From: Oligoflexales bacterium
GTDB taxonomy: Bacteria; Bdellovibrionota_B; Oligoflexia; Oligoflexales; CAIYRB01
Direction: 5' to 3'
NCBI GenBank assembly: GCA_041736175.1
Contig: JBGSUI010000246.1
Span: 32,001-96,000, forward strand
DNA: 64,000 bases
The notes beneath the pieces are model-generated. The model worked only from the letters and a program-made list of their open reading frames with translations. It was not told where the DNA came from and searched no databases. The translations under genes were made by a program, and so were the position numbers. Shown in pieces: positions 59,104 through 64,000 of the stretch. The number at the start of each line of letters is the position of its first letter. Within the stretch, counting starts at the first letter, position 1.

Positions 59104-61905
59104 ATGAGACACCAACATCTCACAAGAAAACAAAGAGTCTCAATCAGACCTAGGTCTCGACTCGTCGTAGGACTGCTGACAGGGCTCACCTTTGGGCTTA
59201 TGGCAACTCCGCTTCTAGCGGCTCCCTACCAGTTTAGCTATAGCGGTCGTCTTGCTAACAACTTCGGTGACGCCATTAAAGGTCCCGTAGACCTTGAAAT
59301 TCGGTTTTACCGGAATGCCTCCGGAGGGACAGCTATCCCCGTCAGTCCTATCACCAAACGGGGGGTAGGTCTTGTGGAAGGAGTCTTCCAAGTGGATCTT
59401 AACGAACTCACCGCCGCCGAGACCCACCTGGTTTTTGCGCCAAAACTCGACACCTGGGTCGAGGTTACGGATAGCACCAATAAGACCACCTACCCGCGCC
59501 AACGCCTCACCGCGGTCCCCTATGCCTTTAAGGTCCCCGTGGACGAGAGTGCGGTCACCTATGACGCCGAAGGTCGTCTCACCGTTAACACCATAGCCAT
59601 GAGTCAAGTCTCTGGCCTCGAAGCGGCCCTCACCCAAAAAACTGACTCCTCAAGACCTGTTTATGCCTCAGGCCTCCAAGGTAAGGACGTCAATCCCGCA
59701 ACCCCCGCAGCCGGCCAAACCCTGGTCTATGACGGCACCCGCTGGACTCCCCAAACCATTGCAGCCGGAGCTGCAGGCACGGTTACAAGTGTGACTGCCA
59801 CCGCTCCGTTGACCGTCACCGCTGGGACATCAACACCGGCCTTGTCCATGGCCCAGGCGACCAGCGTTTCGGACGGTTATTTAACGATGACCGACTGGCT
59901 GACCTTTAACGGCAAACAAAACTCCCTTGGATTTAGCCCCCTCAATAAAGCAGGGGACACCATGACGGGAGCCCTCAATATGGGAGGTCATGGCTTGAAT
60001 AACTTGGGTGCTCCTAGCAGCGCTAGCGATGCCGCGACCAAATCCTATGTGGATACTGCCGATGGAAGTTTTCTCAAGAAAGACGGCAGCACCAGTCTCA
60101 CGGGATCTTGGACTGTAGGTCAAGATCTTATAGGGCTTGGTAATGTGGGAATTGCCCCCCAAAAAACCCTTCATCTGGGAACCTATACCAGCTCCCAGGA
60201 GTCGGCGTTGACGGGGGCACTCTCTGGAACCGTTGGTGGCAAGACGTGGTTTAACTCCGACGACAACCAAATCAAATACTGGAATGGTACTGCCGTACAG
60301 ACCCTAGGAACTGCTGGGGCGGGGCTCAGCAACCTTAACGGCGAGACCGGGAGTACGCAGTCTTTTGCTATACCGGCCACCTCGGGTAATGCGCCTAACT
60401 GGTCTTCTACTTCGAATGTTCACACTTTGAATATCCCTATGGCTTCTGCGGGAGGTGTGACCGCGGGGTTACTTTCAAATTCTAACTATGTAGCTTTTTC
60501 CGATAAAGTAAGTTCTGTGATTGCAGGTACGGGGATTTCGGTTACTACGGGGACAACCACTCCTACGGTCAGTTTGAGTGGTGTTGGCACTGCGGGAACC
60601 TACACAAAAGTCACGACCAATGCCCAAGGTCAAGTGACGAATGGTATAACAAGTTTGGTGGCCTCAGATATCCCAGACCTTCCTGCGAGCAAGATCACAA
60701 CCGGTCAAATCCCTGTTGCTCTAGGTGGTACGGGGCTTAGTTCAGGAACGGCTGGGGGGATTCCGTATTTTGTAACTGCGGGGTCCATGACATCGACCGG
60801 TGCGGGATCTGTGGGTCAAGTTCTTTTATCCAATGGGGGCAGCGCACCTAGTTTTGGGACAGTCAACTTGGCCTCTGCCGTTACGGGCACCTTGCCCCTA
60901 ACAAGTGGCGGGACGGGTGCTACCTCAGCAGTCGCTGCGCGTACTAGTTTACAAGCAGCCCAAAGTGGAATAAACACCGATATTAATGCGTTGATGAGTG
61001 GAAATATTGGGATTGGCACAACCTCGACTATGGGAAAATTATCTGTTGTGGGCACTGGCACGCCTACGATATTTGTCGGGAGTTCTGTAGATAGCCAGAT
61101 TAAAATGGCAACAGGTTCCTACTCTGGCTACCTGACTCTTGATACTTCTGGACATCTTACGGTTAAATCTCAATCGGGACAGGTTGCTATTAACACAGGT
61201 GGCACAGATTCCTTCGTGGTTAAACCCTCCGGATTTGTGGGGATTGGGACGACGATGCCTTCCACATTGCTCCATTTGTCGTCAACAAACGCTAATGAAA
61301 CAAGTATCACTCTTTCAAACACCTCTTCGGGCGGTCACGATTGGCAGATTGGTAGTATGGGAATGTCTTCTGGACAAACAGGCAATCTATCGTTTTACGA
61401 CGCCTTAGCTGCGACGAGCCGTATGGTAATAAACCAAACCGGCAACGTCGGTATCGGTACAACAAACCCAACCTATAGACTTCACGTCGTCGGAGACGCG
61501 GGTAAAACCTCAGGAGGCACTGCGTGGACATCCATCTCCGACTTCCGCCTAAAAGACATTGAGAGCGATTATGAGTACGGACTTGAAGAAATTAAAAAAC
61601 TCCATACGATCCGGTTTAAGTACAAAAAGGATAACCCTCTAAACCTTCCCTATGATGATACCCACACAGGGTTTATCGCCCAAGAAGTCCAAAAGGTGAT
61701 CCCAGATGCTGTCATCACTCGGCCAGACGGATACCTCGAACTAAATGTTGATCCTATCCACTGGGCTACTGTCAATGCCGTCAAGCAACTTTCAGAGCAG
61801 AACGAACAGCTTAAGGATCGCGCGGCTAAGGCAGAAGCCGAGACGGCACAGCTCAAAAAGGCTATCTGTGGGAAATTTCCTGACCTGGATGTTTGTGCAA
61901 AATAG
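59104..61905 (+). CDS. Secreted phage-tail-fibre-like trimeric adhesin with C-terminal S74 intramolecular chaperone
   Basis: Signal peptide; YSGRL...PRQRLTAVPYA N-domain; DAATKSYVD; GNVGIGTT repeats; WTSISDFRLKDI, GFIAQEV, terminal coiled coil. Confidence 0.9.
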   Translation: MRHQHLTRKQRVSIRPRSRLVVGLLTGLTFGLMATPLLAAPYQFSYSGRLANNFGDAIKGPVDLEIRFYRNASGGTAIPVSPITKRGVGLVEGVFQVDLNELTAAETHLVFAPKLDTWVEVTDSTNKTTYPRQRLTAVPYAFKVPVDESAVTYDAEGRLTVNTIAMSQVSGLEAALTQKTDSSRPVYASGLQGKDVNPATPAAGQTLVYDGTRWTPQTIAAGAAGTVTSVTATAPLTVTAGTSTPALSMAQATSVSDGYLTMTDWLTFNGKQNSLGFSPLNKAGDTMTGALNMGGHGLNNLGAPSSASDAATKSYVDTADGSFLKKDGSTSLTGSWTVGQDLIGLGNVGIAPQKTLHLGTYTSSQESALTGALSGTVGGKTWFNSDDNQIKYWNGTAVQTLGTAGAGLSNLNGETGSTQSFAIPATSGNAPNWSSTSNVHTLNIPMASAGGVTAGLLSNSNYVAFSDKVSSVIAGTGISVTTGTTTPTVSLSGVGTAGTYTKVTTNAQGQVTNGITSLVASDIPDLPASKITTGQIPVALGGTGLSSGTAGGIPYFVTAGSMTSTGAGSVGQVLLSNGGSAPSFGTVNLASAVTGTLPLTSGGTGATSAVAARTSLQAAQSGINTDINALMSGNIGIGTTSTMGKLSVVGTGTPTIFVGSSVDSQIKMATGSYSGYLTLDTSGHLTVKSQSGQVAINTGGTDSFVVKPSGFVGIGTTMPSTLLHLSSTNANETSITLSNTSSGGHDWQIGSMGMSSGQTGNLSFYDALAATSRMVINQTGNVGIGTTNPTYRLHVVGDAGKTSGGTAWTSISDFRLKDIESDYEYGLEEIKKLHTIRFKYKKDNPLNLPYDDTHTGFIAQEVQKVIPDAVITRPDGYLELNVDPIHWATVNAVKQLSEQNEQLKDRAAKAEAETAQLKKAICGKFPDLDVCAK

Positions 61906-61982
61906 CCATATTTTATGGAGGTCCTCCCTTACATCTAGGTGGGAGCCTCTTCTTTCCGGGCCTACCTCTTTGGCTGCGGTTC

Positions 61983-62113
61983 GTCCCGGGACCAAACCTC
62001 GCGGTGAACGGTCCTTGAAATTGCCGACCTGGATTTTTTCGCAATGGGCTACACCTTTGGAGTCACCGAATTTGGGGCAGCAGCTTCTGTGCGTCGTTCG
62101 CCCCGGGGCGAAC
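61983..62113 (-). pseudogene. Inverted, decayed fragment of the downstream HNH gene
   Basis: Reverse complement of 61983..62076 aligns without gaps to 63135..63228 at 74/94 identities by hand count; AAA is replaced by TAG in the homologous frame. Confidence 0.8.
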
Positions 62114-62388
62114 TGGCTCTAAAAATATTCTTGGAATTTTTTCACAAAAAGCTTGACGGGTTTTGGGGCTTACAAAACAGCTCCTATAAGATCCTCTGCG
62201 GGAGATTCGCTGATTTTTCTGGTTCAGATCGACTATTGCCGCCCCATAAACAAATTAGCCGCTTCGCAGGACGTATTTAAAATGGACCGCAGAATCCGAC
62301 CGAAATCAACTTTTACAACTCATGGTATAACTTTTTTCAACAAGGTCTCGACGCCCCCAAGCGTCCTTAATGAGCGAGAAAACCAACG

Positions 62389-63447
62389 ATGATATCAAGT
62401 GAAGCCCTCTCAAGAATCCTCGCGCTCCCAAAAGATTGTGACGCGTCCGAATCTACCTCTGACGTCCGTGTGCTCCTGCGCCGGCAGTTTCATAAAGCTG
62501 TTTTACTCCATCAAAAGGAGCACGATATGGTGCTTGATTCAATGAGGGTACTCTATCAGCTTGATCGACAAAACGCCGCTGGAAACCTCGGGCTCACCCG
62601 GGATCAATATATCGAAGCACTGGGACTTTCGCCAGACGTTTACTGGAAGAGACTCCAGGCAGCCAAGGTCCTCGCCTATTTTCCCGCATTCGTGGAGTTA
62701 TTCAAAACGGGACAAACCCACGTCTCGCAACTTGCCATGGTCTTGGGTAAAATCACCGCAGCGAATGCCGACCTTATTTTAGAGGGAATCAGAAATAAAA
62801 CAAAAAGGGAGTGTGAGGCATTTCTATCGAGGGTCACATTCGAAGGGACCCTGTTGCCTGGTCAAGAAACCGTTCAAATCACACTGACTTTAACATTACA
62901 GGAGATGGCTCTTTTAGACCGTGCCCGAGAAGTGTTGTCCCATGGGGGTCATGTACCAAAGAATGCCGAGGTGGTGATCAGTGCCTTAGGGGATCTCCTT
63001 GAACACCGTGATCCTTTGCGAAAAGCAGAAAGGGCCAAACAGAGACAACAAAAGAAGGAGCAGGGGAAGAACTCCGAGGAGGGTGTCGTCCCGGGGCAAA
63101 CGCCGACCGAGACCGTGGTCCCGGTAAACCCGGTCCCAGATTCGGTGACTCCCGATGTGAAACCAGCTGCGAAAAAACACCGGTCTGCAATTCCCATGGC
63201 CGTTCGCCACGAGGTGTGGTCCCGGGACAACGGTCGCTGCACCTGGACAGAGGTGGATGGGAGTCGTTGCAAGGAAAAGTTTAACTTAGAGCTCGATCAC
63301 GTCCAAACGATGCACTGTCATGGGGGTACCCACGAGGTAGAAAATCTTGCCCTTACCTGCAGGCGTCATAATCAACTTTCGGCAAGAAAAAGGTTGGGTG
63401 AAGAATTTTGGGCGAAAAAGAGGCAGGAGTGGGATCTACCTCTCTAG
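62389..63447 (+). CDS. HNH endonuclease with long helical (DUF222-like) N-terminal region
   Basis: RSAIPMAVRHEVWSRDNGRCTW...RC...LELDH...HGG...ENLALTCRRHN. Confidence 0.88.
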   Translation: MISSEALSRILALPKDCDASESTSDVRVLLRRQFHKAVLLHQKEHDMVLDSMRVLYQLDRQNAAGNLGLTRDQYIEALGLSPDVYWKRLQAAKVLAYFPAFVELFKTGQTHVSQLAMVLGKITAANADLILEGIRNKTKRECEAFLSRVTFEGTLLPGQETVQITLTLTLQEMALLDRAREVLSHGGHVPKNAEVVISALGDLLEHRDPLRKAERAKQRQQKKEQGKNSEEGVVPGQTPTETVVPVNPVPDSVTPDVKPAAKKHRSAIPMAVRHEVWSRDNGRCTWTEVDGSRCKEKFNLELDHVQTMHCHGGTHEVENLALTCRRHNQLSARKRLGEEFWAKKRQEWDLPL

Positions 63448-63563
63448 GGGAGCGCGTCGCCCCGGAGCGATCTACTCAGAGTGAATTTTAGCCGATGGAG
63501 TGGTCGAATCCGTGGTCGAGGGGTGACTTTTGGCCAGCCGTGGAGTCGAGGCCACCCAGAGCC

Positions 63564-63998
63564 TCAAGGAGATCCAAAAACAATCTCAAGAGATTGAGAT
63601 TCCTTTAGCAAAGTTGACCTGATAGAGATCCGATCACGGACCAAATACTCGGCCCCTGGGACCGGTATAAAAAGTCGTGCTGTTGTGCCATAGTATTCAA
63701 AGCGCTTTTTAAAAAGACCAGAAGGGTAAAACTCCCAATTATCTGGGCTCCCAATAGATCGATGAAATCCATCCGTTCCATCAACCGCCCCTGATAAATC
63801 TTCATTTGTATAATTTTTGACTTGATTCGGAAGTTTGACCTCTATCACAATGACATAGCTTTGACGAGGCGCAGGCCGCTGTGGCTCTGTCCACGCAGTA
63901 AAGCTGCCTTTTACGACTCCTTTTGGAGGTGGCGGTGAAACATTGGTACTTAGGTCGGGCTCTTTTTTAGGCTTAGATGGAGTCGAGTCCTTTGTGGA
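63564..63998 (-). CDS. Partial hypothetical protein whose 5' end lies beyond the window
   Basis: Frame stays open from the window end (STKDSTPSKPKK...GSFTAWTEPQRPAPRQSYVIVIEVKLP...) to the stop at 63564. Confidence 0.65.
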   Translation of the reverse strand, partial: STKDSTPSKPKKEPDLSTNVSPPPPKGVVKGSFTAWTEPQRPAPRQSYVIVIEVKLPNQVKNYTNEDLSGAVDGTDGFHRSIGSPDNWEFYPSGLFKKRFEYYGTTARLFIPVPGAEYLVRDRISIRSTLLKESQSLEIVFGSP

Positions 63999-64000
63999 AG

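Noticed and set aside
62389..63447. IscB/Cas9-like RNA-guided nuclease
   Set aside because: No PLMP or split RuvC motifs recognised; only a C-terminal HNH domain

Overview
Bacterial chromosomal segment, probably from a Bdellovibrionota/Oligoflexia-like or other delta-type predatory lineage. This is inferred from gene content: a split nuo cluster with fused NuoCD, orphan fliG and groEL, an S74-chaperone fibre adhesin with a signal peptide, many lipoproteins and sigma28-type promoters. Housekeeping genes (nuoCD-E-F-G-I, sixA, tesB, RluA family, lipA, gcdH, mtnA, three tRNAs, groEL, fliG, rlmN, kynA) alternate with accessory secreted proteins. Strongest unexplained signals: (1) an RCC1 beta-propeller gene built from seven exact 150-bp repeats whose variation looks adenine-directed (NNT/NNC codons, as in diversity-generating retroelement targets), although the window has no reverse transcriptase or template repeat; (2) an HNH endonuclease gene with CCCGGG-centred palindromes and an inverted, decayed copy of its own internal segment just upstream; (3) a 1.4-kb toxin-antitoxin insert bounded by a 131-bp duplication of a host gene 3' end; (4) a lipoprotein with a eukaryote-like F-box motif, a trypsin-CBM20 fusion, a solitary gp19-like tail-tube protein with an N-terminal hydrophobic segment, and an AT-hook/HTH protein. 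All calls come from motif recognition by eye; no searches were run.
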